The position numbers and the translations under genes were made by a program. Shown piece after piece: positions 9,420 through 18,449 of a stretch of 64,000 nt of DNA. The stretch spans positions 82,101 through 146,100 of the forward strand of contig SUUO01000001.1 in assembly GCA_015062485.1 (NCBI GenBank), given 5' to 3'. The DNA is from Alphaproteobacteria bacterium (GTDB lineage: Bacteria; Pseudomonadota; Alphaproteobacteria; Rs-D84). Position 1 is the first letter of the stretch. The number at the start of each line of letters is the position of its first letter. Under the pieces are notes generated by a model. It was not told the origin of the DNA. It ran no database searches and saw only the letters and a program-made list of their open reading frames with translations.

Positions 9420-9660
9420 GCTATTAACATTCAACTTGATTTAATTTGTTTCTCGCGGTACACTTTCCTTGAATCCAATGGGAATTGGGTTCGGGGCTGT
9501 GGTGGCCCGCAGACGCGGCATTTGTCGTTAAAATCCCCCGACTTTGGTCGGGGAGCCGTTTGCTATAAAACAGGGCTTGCCCGAAGGCTGCGGAGCATTC
9601 GTTTGCTGACACCAACTCCCCGACCGTCAATTCCGTTGGCGGTCATTAATTTATAAAAAG
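9420..9660. other. structured non-coding leader upstream of the Avs-like gene
   Basis: hairpins ccccgactttggtcgggg and gggaattgggttc; motifs gaatgctccgcag and ccacagccccg shared with island-end blocks. Confidence 0.35.
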
Positions 9661-9670
9661 GGAGAAGCCA

Positions 9671-9919
9671 ATGGCAAAATCCGCAGGTGTATTACACTCT
9701 ACTATTGAGATTTCTGACAACATTCTGATTCAAGAAAGTACTTATTCATATATTGACGGTATAGACGCCAAAAGACCAAACGAAAAAACAGGCGTATCCA
9801 AACGCGGTTGGAGATGGCTTGGCTCCACAGAAGAAAGCAAAAAAGTCATTAATGGTGCTTTATGGATTGTGCGTGATATTTATATTAAGAACAGCAAAAA
9901 ATATAAGCTACCAAAATAA
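9671..9919 (+). CDS. hypothetical small protein
   Basis: 82-aa ORF with GGAG-like RBS. Confidence 0.35.
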   Translation: MAKSAGVLHSTIEISDNILIQESTYSYIDGIDAKRPNEKTGVSKRGWRWLGSTEESKKVINGALWIVRDIYIKNSKKYKLPK

Positions 9920-9930
9920 GGACGGATAAA

Positions 9931-10476
9931 ATGAAGAAGTTTAATCTATCTTTTTTAGCACTAGCTTTAACTGGGTGTATGGTACCAGATTACCCCGATG
10001 TCCCAAAATTGCAACCAGATTATACTGCCGACAATATAGAGGTATTGCAGGTTATTGATAACGATGAAATTCTTGCGTATTACAGGAATAACTTAGGGCA
10101 CTTTACAATAGACAACATGAAGTCAGATATTGTAGATGGTGGGGTGTATTCTGTAGACGGTGTAAAACAAGTTGGAGTATATCGCTATACGTCCGCATGG
10201 GGAACTGTAAAAACAGTTCCAGATTATACAATTCATAATGATATGGGACTAGAGGCAAAGTATAAGGAAGCGTTAGAAAAATACGACACAGACTTTCCAA
10301 AAGAAGAAAGAAAATATTACCAATCATTTTTTTGTGGCGGCGGTGCAACAATTGTTTATACACCACTTTCCGTATTATTTAGTCCAATATGTTTGTTAGA
10401 TAAAAATTGTTATTTTAAATTAAACTGTTTGTCTGATAGAGATAAGCGCGTTCCGTACAAAGACAGAAAAAGATAA
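9931..10476 (+). CDS. lipoprotein (hypothetical)
   Basis: signal peptide with lipobox LTGC. Confidence 0.55.
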   Translation: MKKFNLSFLALALTGCMVPDYPDVPKLQPDYTADNIEVLQVIDNDEILAYYRNNLGHFTIDNMKSDIVDGGVYSVDGVKQVGVYRYTSAWGTVKTVPDYTIHNDMGLEAKYKEALEKYDTDFPKEERKYYQSFFCGGGATIVYTPLSVLFSPICLLDKNCYFKLNCLSDRDKRVPYKDRKR

Positions 10477-10491
10477 AAAGTGGAAATAACA

Positions 10492-11058
10492 ATGAAAAAA
10501 TTATCGCCCGTTCTAACAATAATATTATTTGGTTGCGGATTGACTCAATCCCCTATATCCGACAATACAAAACCGAACATCCCCATAGAAAAACCATTGG
10601 CTAAATATCAAGAATGTATGGGATATTCTGATAAAACAATTATACACACAGAAGAAAGTCCAGGTAGATACATTGTCCTTGTTAGTGAAAAATCTGTTGA
10701 CCAACCCTGGACCAACAAGAAAGAGCAAGGACAAGTTTTCTATACCAGTTTGTTAGAATGTTCCGCAGGAAATTCTATAGATGAGTGCATGGACCAACAA
10801 CATCTTAGAGTTCGTAATATTGGCACAATGGATAAGTGGACGGTTGGGAGCATAAAACAGTTCAAAAATGCAGATTTTATGTTTGATAAAACCATACGCA
10901 CCGAAAGACTAAACGATGGCAGGTTTGTTGACATAACAAACTATTGTTATACAGATAGAAAAGATATAACCAAAAGTTATTGCGGTCACTTTGTTTATAC
11001 GGCCAACTGGCATTCTGAATGCAAGAACAAATTGATGGCGCCCGCCGACAACAAATAA
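10492..11058 (+). CDS. lipoprotein (hypothetical)
   Basis: MKKLSPVLTIILFGC lipobox; start at internal MKK. Confidence 0.55.
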   Translation: MKKLSPVLTIILFGCGLTQSPISDNTKPNIPIEKPLAKYQECMGYSDKTIIHTEESPGRYIVLVSEKSVDQPWTNKKEQGQVFYTSLLECSAGNSIDECMDQQHLRVRNIGTMDKWTVGSIKQFKNADFMFDKTIRTERLNDGRFVDITNYCYTDRKDITKSYCGHFVYTANWHSECKNKLMAPADNK

Positions 11059-11083
11059 TCAATGGGGCGAACACCCCATTGAT

Positions 11084-12535
11084 TCATGAATGTTGTACCA
11101 CATAATTTATACATTGTGTTAAGGCGTCAACTTGGTCTTTGTATTTACCATTAGGGAATCCTAATAGTTCTTTCTTGAAATCTGACAACCAAGGCGCCTC
11201 TTGTGGAAATCGTAATGTACCGTTTTCTATATAAGCACTAGCCCCCATTAATCTTGATGTTTTATCCGTATCAGGTTTTATTGGTTCAATTGCAAAATTG
11301 TATCCATGAGGGTCTCTTTGTGCCATTAGCATTTGTATCAATTGCGTTCCACTTGCCTTGTCTTCTATTAACAATCTTACCAAATGTCGTCCACCCATTT
11401 CATACTTCCAATAGCAATACACTTTTTCCACTTGTCTGATAAGGTCGGGCATTTCCCATTTGCCACGAACAACATCTAGCAGGTAGTATTTATACATATT
11501 GGATTCGCATGTCATCAATATAACACAGCAAGCGGAATATGCATTATTTGGCCCAGTTTTATTGGCGGTATCCCAGCTAAGGAAAATTCTGCGATACTTG
11601 ACAGGGTCTATGGATTCGCCCTGTGCCTTGGTATAGTAGTGCAGCCATGACTCTTTAATAATTCCGCCTTCTGGTGGACATGGATCTTGTTGATATTGAG
11701 CAACAAATGCATTTTCACCCATAGAGTTCTTTATGCTTGTTACAACATCCATATTTTCACGTTCTGCGTGCAGCAATTCGCCCTTGGCACGCGTAATTAC
11801 TCGCACTTTACCAGAAATGCGATTCTTGACCATCCAGTTTTCATCCTCGATTGCAATAATGGGCAGCTTAATGATATTGAACTGTTCACCCAACTCCAAC
11901 AAATGTCCAGTTAAATCATCCTGATGCAGACGTTGCATTACCAGTATAATTTTGCCATTTGCCTTGTCATTAAGACGCGAATACAACGTAGAGCCATACC
12001 ATTCATTCAATTTGGCACGCTGGGTTTCAGATGTTGCATCCACAGATTTCTGGGGATCGTCTATGATTATCCAATCTGCGCCACGACCGGTCAATGTTCC
12101 GCCAACAGATGTGGCTATGCGTCCGCCACCACGTGTGGTTGCAAAATCGTTTACAGCCTGCCTGGATTGATGCAGACGTGTCATTGGGAAAAGTTCACGA
12201 TACCAATCCGATTGCATAACGTCACGACAACTGATCGCGAATTTTTCTGCCAGTTCATCATTATAACTGACACAAAGGATTTGAGCCTTTGGGTTATGTC
12301 CCAGTATCCATGCCGGTAATGCGATTGAACATATCATACTTTTCATATACCGCGGTGGCATATTTATAATCTGGCGATTATGTCGCCCTTCGTACATATC
12401 CATAATTGCGTCACAAATGACATCAATATGCCAATTGTTCAGGTAATATGAACCAGGAGATACCTCGTTAAACACCTTTACCACAAAAGATTTAAAATCT
12501 GTGCGTAATATCGCATTCATAATTTCTTTATTCAT
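11084..12535 (-). CDS. phage terminase large subunit-like protein
   Basis: 483 aa; C-terminal RNaseH-like nuclease residues (KYKDQVDALTQ). Typical co-occurrence with upstream small protein and ParB-MTase in alphaproteobacterial phage elements. Confidence 0.6.
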   Translation of the reverse strand: MNKEIMNAILRTDFKSFVVKVFNEVSPGSYYLNNWHIDVICDAIMDMYEGRHNRQIINMPPRYMKSMICSIALPAWILGHNPKAQILCVSYNDELAEKFAISCRDVMQSDWYRELFPMTRLHQSRQAVNDFATTRGGGRIATSVGGTLTGRGADWIIIDDPQKSVDATSETQRAKLNEWYGSTLYSRLNDKANGKIILVMQRLHQDDLTGHLLELGEQFNIIKLPIIAIEDENWMVKNRISGKVRVITRAKGELLHAERENMDVVTSIKNSMGENAFVAQYQQDPCPPEGGIIKESWLHYYTKAQGESIDPVKYRRIFLSWDTANKTGPNNAYSACCVILMTCESNMYKYYLLDVVRGKWEMPDLIRQVEKVYCYWKYEMGGRHLVRLLIEDKASGTQLIQMLMAQRDPHGYNFAIEPIKPDTDKTSRLMGASAYIENGTLRFPQEAPWLSDFKKELLGFPNGKYKDQVDALTQCINYVVQHS

Positions 12536-12896
12536 TGTTGTTCTCCTTTAAATATTGTTTTAATATTTCTATGTCGTCCTGCCTAATAGCTGTGGCTGCT
12601 TTGGCAAGTTCTTCGTTTTTATTATCTGCTTCTGCCATCACAGGCAACAAAGTCTGCAACGCTTTTAAATCGCCTTGCACAGCCTTGTTTGTCGCCTGTA
12701 ATAGCATGGCTTGCTTTTTGCTTATTTTTACTGGCTTGCCATTTTTGGTCATTGGAATCTTTTCATTTACAATGTCATCCAGTAATTTATAAATATTTTT
12801 GCTGCCACTTGGTCGCCCCTTTGGGTTACCAGATTGGCCGGGTTTGAACTGTCCTGATTTAGGCGGTTTCATATAGCCCAATTCATAATCTGCCAT
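12528..12896 (-). CDS. small phage protein upstream of terminase (DUF5681/TerS-like)
   Basis: 122 aa, Lys/Gly-rich N-terminus; stop overlaps TerL start. Confidence 0.4.
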   Translation of the reverse strand: MADYELGYMKPPKSGQFKPGQSGNPKGRPSGSKNIYKLLDDIVNEKIPMTKNGKPVKISKKQAMLLQATNKAVQGDLKALQTLLPVMAEADNKNEELAKAATAIRQDDIEILKQYLKENNNE

Positions 12897-14200
12897 TACG
12901 ATACCTCTCGCTTTGCGGTTAATAATTCCGAATACGTTTTGCCAGACACTTGATGTACGGCATCGATATGAAACATTTCTAAAAACCTGCGGATAGCAGT
13001 ATCCACGTACAGTGGTTCCAGTTCAATGCCATAACAAATGCGTTTGGATTGGTGGGCGGCAATCAATGTACTGCCCGATCCAAGAAACGTATCCAACACA
13101 ACATCGCCACGCCGTGTGACGTCGAGCATCGCATCTTTCAGCATTTCAACCGGCTTTACAGTCGGATGCATTTGAATGTCTGACCTGTGCCTGCCGAACG
13201 CATTTACGCCCGCATACTGCCAAACATTTGTGCGATAACGCCCATTTTTACCAAGCTGAACATTATTGGTGTGTGATTCCTTGCCGTTTTTGAAAATAAA
13301 GCAGAGTTCGTGTTGACTACGATACAGACTGCCCATACCGCCCGAAGTCTTGCACCAAACACACATGTTTATCAGGCCTGAAAACGCGTCGGTTCCTGCG
13401 GACAATATTTCGCCCATGTGGCGCCAATCCATGAAATTGTACTGTAATGCCCCAGGGCGAGAATATTTCGCACACAATTCAAAGTTCTTGTGCAAAAACT
13501 GCGCGAACTCATCTGTACTCATCTCGCCAGATGCCATTTTAAACTCTTTATGCCGGATATTGCCCGAACTGCATACATGCCCTGATATTTTTACATTGTA
13601 TGGCGGATCTTGCAGAACCATATCTGCCTGACGCGTGCCAAGCAGCGTTTCAAAGGTCACAGCATCCAGACTGTTCCCGCAAATAATTCTATGGTCGCCA
13701 ATACACCACACATCACCGGGGCGTGTTACAATTTCGTTTTCTGGGATGTACGGCACATTATTTGCCTTGGAGTCCGCTGTCGTCCTATTATCCATAGTCA
13801 ATATATCCAGTTCAACATCTGAAAATCCCGTAATAGATACGTCCATATCGCCACAGATTTGTTCCAGTTCGGATATTTCTAACCGCAACAAATCCGCATT
13901 CCAACCACCGTTTTCGGCGATTTTGTTATCAGCCAGGCGATAGGCACGCTTTTGTGCATCTGATAAATGTGCCAGACGGATAACTGGCACGGTATCCAGC
14001 CCCAAAACTTGGGCGGCAGCCATACGACCGTGCCCGGCAATGATTTCCAGATTTTCGTCCACTAGTATCGGATTATTGAACCCAAACTGCTGAATAGATG
14101 CTGCTATCTGCTGGATTTGGCTTTCTGGATGATTTTTTGCGTTTTTCGCATAGGCGCGTATTTGATTTAGCGCCACGTTTTCTATTGTTAAAGTTTTCAT
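12896..14200 (-). CDS. ParB-like nuclease domain fused to DNA N6/N4 methyltransferase
   Basis: N-terminal ParB motif (GHGRMAAA). DPPY motif IV and FLGSGST motif I. Start taken at MKTLT with GGAG RBS. Confidence 0.75.
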   Translation of the reverse strand: MKTLTIENVALNQIRAYAKNAKNHPESQIQQIAASIQQFGFNNPILVDENLEIIAGHGRMAAAQVLGLDTVPVIRLAHLSDAQKRAYRLADNKIAENGGWNADLLRLEISELEQICGDMDVSITGFSDVELDILTMDNRTTADSKANNVPYIPENEIVTRPGDVWCIGDHRIICGNSLDAVTFETLLGTRQADMVLQDPPYNVKISGHVCSSGNIRHKEFKMASGEMSTDEFAQFLHKNFELCAKYSRPGALQYNFMDWRHMGEILSAGTDAFSGLINMCVWCKTSGGMGSLYRSQHELCFIFKNGKESHTNNVQLGKNGRYRTNVWQYAGVNAFGRHRSDIQMHPTVKPVEMLKDAMLDVTRRGDVVLDTFLGSGSTLIAAHQSKRICYGIELEPLYVDTAIRRFLEMFHIDAVHQVSGKTYSELLTAKREVS

Positions 14201-14386
14201 AAAAAAACTCCTTGGTTGTTGTTTAGATTGCAATACGGAGATTTTTTACTCGAATTGCTATATAATATACAGTGATTGCCAACTAGATTTTTTACAAACA
14301 CACAATATTTTTATAAAAACTTGATTTTCTGCTTGATTTAAGAAGCTTTGTAAGCAGTAATTGCACAACCCTAGAAGGAGGCATTT

Positions 14387-14887
14387 ATGGCAAAAATAGA
14401 ACTTCCAACTACACTGGATGCTCTGCGAGCAATGCCGTTTGCAGATCGGGCGACTCTTTGGGCTAAATACAGCCCACACCCATTCAAACGACAAATGCGG
14501 GCATTGTGGTACTATATTCAATGCGACCGCTTCAAACTGCGGATTGAACCAAAGTTCCTGACCAAGATAAAGAAATACAAAGACAATCCCACAGAATGTG
14601 TCACCCATGCGTATCATAATCGGTACTATATCCGTCCCGGCACGGTTATAACACGAACATTCCGCAGAATCATGCATGAAGTCATCGTCAATGACGACAA
14701 TACGTTCACGTATAATGGCGAAAAATATCGCACTTTATCCGCAATAGCCAAAGATATATCAGGCATCAAGATTTCGGGACCGGATTTCTTTGGCTTGTCA
14801 AAAAATTACAAACCAATCTTAATCAATAAAAACAATATGCATAGTAGAGCTGAAAAAAAATATACTTCTGCCCAATTTGCAAAATGA
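14387..14887 (+). CDS. DUF2924-like protein (recombinase-associated)
   Basis: 166 aa, AGGAGG RBS, directly upstream of the serine recombinase as is typical for DUF2924. Confidence 0.45.
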   Translation: MAKIELPTTLDALRAMPFADRATLWAKYSPHPFKRQMRALWYYIQCDRFKLRIEPKFLTKIKKYKDNPTECVTHAYHNRYYIRPGTVITRTFRRIMHEVIVNDDNTFTYNGEKYRTLSAIAKDISGIKISGPDFFGLSKNYKPILINKNNMHSRAEKKYTSAQFAK

Positions 14888-15078
14888 TCCGCTTTTCTAT
14901 CTGCCATGGCTATAGCAATACTCATTTCAATCCTATCTTGGACATCGGAAGACTTTTCATTATAGGTTGCAACGATATCTGCAATATTATTGTCCTGCTG
15001 TCTTGCCAACTTATTATTTTTGGCAGCAAACATAAAACCAGCAATAATACCTACAACCAAGAACAAATTAGAAATCAT
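14806..15078 (-). CDS. small membrane protein (hypothetical)
   Basis: 90 aa with two hydrophobic helices; overlaps the end of 14387..14887, so uncertain. Confidence 0.25.
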   Translation of the reverse strand: MISNLFLVVGIIAGFMFAAKNNKLARQQDNNIADIVATYNEKSSDVQDRIEMSIAIAMADRKADHFANWAEVYFFSALLCILFLLIKIGL

Positions 15079-15155
15079 GTATATCTCCTTTATTTATATA
15101 ACCTATTCTATAAGAACACAAAACTAGTATCAATTATAAAACCATAGGACTTAAA

Positions 15156-16745
15156 ATGACAATTAAATGTGCGATTTACACACGAAAGTCAACCGAGCAT
15201 GGACTTGATATGGAGTTCAATTCCCTGCAGAACCAAGAAGAGGCATGCAAGGCATATATTGCATCCCAATCATTCAATGGATGGCAATATTGTAAAACAT
15301 ACAGCGATGCGGCGATTTCAGGCGGAACTATGGAACGACCGGCATTAAAGCGAATGCTGGATGATATGGCACATGGGTTAGTAAATACTGTGGTAGTGTA
15401 TAAGGTTGACCGATTATCGCGTTCCATATTGGATTTTCATAAGATGATGCAGTATTTCAACAAGTATAATGCGAACTTTGTATCTATAACACAATCTTTT
15501 GATACCAGTACATCTATGGGTAAATTGACGCTGAATATGCTGTTATCATTTGCCCAGTTTGAACGCGAAGTTTCCAGCGAACGAGTACGAGATAAAATAC
15601 GTGCCAGTAAAGCCAAAGGCATATGGATGGGCGGCAATCCGCCGTTGGGTTATGATGTGATAAATAAAAAATTGATTCCGAATGAGGCTGAGGCCATGAC
15701 TGTTCGGACACTATTTGAAAAGTATCTAGAACTGCAATCTGTAAATGCACTGACCGAATATGCCGTGATGCATAATATATTCGCAAAACAATGGACGACA
15801 GCCAAAGGCATCACAAAGGGAGGCCGACCCATTGCCAAAATGAGTATGCATCGATTATTGCGTGACAGGATTTATATCGGCCAAATTGTAAACAAGACGA
15901 ATAATACTACTGCCCCGGGCGAGCATCAGGCGATATTACCCACAGAACTGTTTAATCGTGTACAAGCGGCCTTGCAAAACAACGCGAATAACAAGTCTGA
16001 AACACACGGTTCACCCAATTTGTTGACCGGCAAACTGTTTAATCACAACGGCGTACGCTTTACCAATCAACGAACATGTGGCAAAGGCAAAACCAACACC
16101 CATTATTATGCAACCCGTGGCTTTTATCTGCCAGCACCCCAGGTGGACGAAATCGCAATAAAAACCATAACGCGGTTCTCAGATGCAGATTTATCAGCGC
16201 TACCGTCCGCGACCGCAGATGCACTAAAATGCATTAACATCCAAAACGCGCCATACGCAGAAAAGAAAGCCTTTATTCAATCACTGATTGATAAGGTTAT
16301 ATACTCGCAGGATAAACTGATATTTTATCTGATACTAGACGTGGCAAAATTACAGTTGTTCGCGAAGGCCAACTTCATCAACCAGAAATCCGACCCGATG
16401 GAGTTCACGATCAGCGATAGACACATTGTAATAACCGTCCCAATCATCCTGCGTAAATACGTAAACACAGTGTTTGATAAAACCAAGAACGGTGTCCTGA
16501 CCATCACTGATAACAACCATCTAATCCTGAAAGCCTTCGCCACCGCTTGGCGATATCGTGAGATATACGAAGAATGCAGCGATGCAGACAAAATCATCGC
16601 ATCCGAACACACATCACCACGTCAGTTTTATAGATACCTTGACCTTGCATACATGAATCCAGAAACCGTCAACCGCATCCTATCCGGCGAACATAAAGTT
16701 AATGTTAAAGAATTGTTCCTGATTGCTAAAACTTCCAAAATGTAG
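15156..16745 (+). CDS. large serine recombinase (integrase)
   Basis: N-terminal resolvase domain AIYTRKST with catalytic Ser and VYKVDRLSRS; 529 aa with recombinase/zinc-ribbon extension. Confidence 0.9.
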   Translation: MTIKCAIYTRKSTEHGLDMEFNSLQNQEEACKAYIASQSFNGWQYCKTYSDAAISGGTMERPALKRMLDDMAHGLVNTVVVYKVDRLSRSILDFHKMMQYFNKYNANFVSITQSFDTSTSMGKLTLNMLLSFAQFEREVSSERVRDKIRASKAKGIWMGGNPPLGYDVINKKLIPNEAEAMTVRTLFEKYLELQSVNALTEYAVMHNIFAKQWTTAKGITKGGRPIAKMSMHRLLRDRIYIGQIVNKTNNTTAPGEHQAILPTELFNRVQAALQNNANNKSETHGSPNLLTGKLFNHNGVRFTNQRTCGKGKTNTHYYATRGFYLPAPQVDEIAIKTITRFSDADLSALPSATADALKCINIQNAPYAEKKAFIQSLIDKVIYSQDKLIFYLILDVAKLQLFAKANFINQKSDPMEFTISDRHIVITVPIILRKYVNTVFDKTKNGVLTITDNNHLILKAFATAWRYREIYEECSDADKIIASEHTSPRQFYRYLDLAYMNPETVNRILSGEHKVNVKELFLIAKTSKM

Positions 16746-17648
16746 CTATTGAGCGTTTTCGATAACCGATAACATAAACTCAGAAAACACCGCTGATGCA
16801 CCTACAGCTAACCGCGCATGCCTATCCAACATTGGCACACGCCTAGTTCCAAGTCCATGAGAGTCGCTAGCAATATTCCGTATATTAGAAATCGCATCAA
16901 CAATTTTGTTTAATCCAGATATCAGATTATTAATTTGCCTGTCGACATCTCCATCCTGATGCATATTGTAAAGATCTTTAACTTGCCTGTATAATCTCGT
17001 AATATCCCCTCTATCAGAAGGCGTTTCCCCTTTCTGCTCTATCGCGTAACAAAAAATTTCTTCTGTAACCGTTCTGGCCTTTGTTATGGCACTATCGTTA
17101 TTACCATTTGATATATCTTCAAACGCTCTATCAATTAATTGCCGTACATATTCTCTATCTATTCTATCCAAAGAAGGGGTTTCAACTGGAATTTCAACAT
17201 GTTGTGATTTTACATGATAGACACTACCTATTAATACCATTTCATTACCACTACACGATAAATACCCATTAATCTTTGATATAATGGTTGAAATTATTTG
17301 ATTGTATATGAAATCTATTTCATCAGGAGAATACCCACTAAATACATCCGTAAATCTTTCTTTTGAAAACATATATGTCAACAAATCTGAAATACGGTTA
17401 TTTTCGATACACCAATCTACTATCTTTTCCATATAAGCCCATCGACTTAAAGCCCCGCCGTAGGTATACGATAAAGCATACCCAAATCGACTGGCAATGT
17501 TACATATTGCAGAGCCCGTTAAATACGGCAATGCACACCTTACAGACCTACAATCGCTTTCTGATAATTTTATGTTATCAAAGTATGTATCCCCAATAAA
17601 AATATCCAGAATAAACCTGGCTTTTAATAAATCATACCGTTCATCCAT
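16746..17648 (-). CDS. Abi_C/HEPN-like abortive-infection candidate
   Basis: 300 aa; C-terminal R-x6-H motif (ISNIRNIASDSHGLG) typical of HEPN/Abi_C; AT-rich; att-proximal. Confidence 0.45.
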   Translation of the reverse strand: MDERYDLLKARFILDIFIGDTYFDNIKLSESDCRSVRCALPYLTGSAICNIASRFGYALSYTYGGALSRWAYMEKIVDWCIENNRISDLLTYMFSKERFTDVFSGYSPDEIDFIYNQIISTIISKINGYLSCSGNEMVLIGSVYHVKSQHVEIPVETPSLDRIDREYVRQLIDRAFEDISNGNNDSAITKARTVTEEIFCYAIEQKGETPSDRGDITRLYRQVKDLYNMHQDGDVDRQINNLISGLNKIVDAISNIRNIASDSHGLGTRRVPMLDRHARLAVGASAVFSEFMLSVIENAQ

Positions 17649-17876
17649 CTTACTTCACACCTATGTTTATTATTCTGTTGGTTATATAATGTCAACCTGA
17701 TGTTAATTCAATCCCCGAAGTGGCATCCATGTTTTGGGCAAGGTATGCAATGCGGGTGATTTTGGTAGGATTGTGCGCGATGCCGAGCATACACCAGTAC
17801 CATCGCGCAGAAAAACCCCCGGATTCTGGGGAAAAAGAAACATCCCGTGGGATTACCACGGGATGTTCAATATTCC

Positions 17877-17967
17877 TGGCGGAGACGAAGGGATTCGAAC
17901 CCTTGATACCCTTGCGAGTATACTACATTTCCAATGTAGCGCACTAGACCAACTATGCGACGTCTCC
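17877..17967 (-). tRNA. tRNA-Ser (anticodon GGA)
   Basis: 91 nt; 7-bp acceptor, anticodon loop TTGGAAA, long variable arm, T-loop GGTTCGAAT, encoded CCA. Confidence 0.9.
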
Positions 17968-17975
17968 GTATCCGT

Positions 17976-18368
17976 TTATTCTTCGTCAATGGACGCGTCG
18001 TCAGCCATTACTTCGTCCATAACGTCCGCGGCATCCGCAATCGGCGCATCGTCCGCCAAGGCATTTTCCAATTCCGCATCAATTTCACGCAGTAATGGAT
18101 CCTCGGTTCCGATTTCCAATGATTCTTCGCCATCTGCCAATGCAGGTGTTTCTTTGTAAGACTGAACAAATTCGTGACGTACGGCATTCACATCCAATTT
18201 ACCACTGGCAATTTCGCGCAGGGCAACAACCGTCAACTTGTCATTTTCTTTGTCCACAACTGCTTCCGCACCACCGTTCAAATCACGAACACGCTGAGAC
18301 GCCAACATCCCCAGTTCATAACGGCTTTCTACATATGGTAATGTATCAGAATTTGTTGTACGGGCCAT
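17976..18368 (-). CDS. rpoZ: DNA-directed RNA polymerase subunit omega
   Basis: ENDKLTVVALREIASGKL core with acidic C-terminal tail. Confidence 0.8.
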   Translation of the reverse strand: MARTTNSDTLPYVESRYELGMLASQRVRDLNGGAEAVVDKENDKLTVVALREIASGKLDVNAVRHEFVQSYKETPALADGEESLEIGTEDPLLREIDAELENALADDAPIADAADVMDEVMADDASIDEE

Positions 18369-18449
18369 TTTAAATCCTTTGTTGAAATCATTTTTAGCCT
18401 GGTTATAATGCCTTATAGATAGTAAAAATGCAAGCAGAAAAATAAAAAA

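Larger units (their letters stand above)
3998..17890. mobile_element. integrated genomic island (~13.9 kb) at the tRNA-Ser(GGA) 3' end; large serine recombinase; defence and phage-packaging cargo
   Basis: 20-bp DRs at both ends, recombinase next to the tRNA, several cargo genes clearly lower in GC than flanks. Confidence 0.75.
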
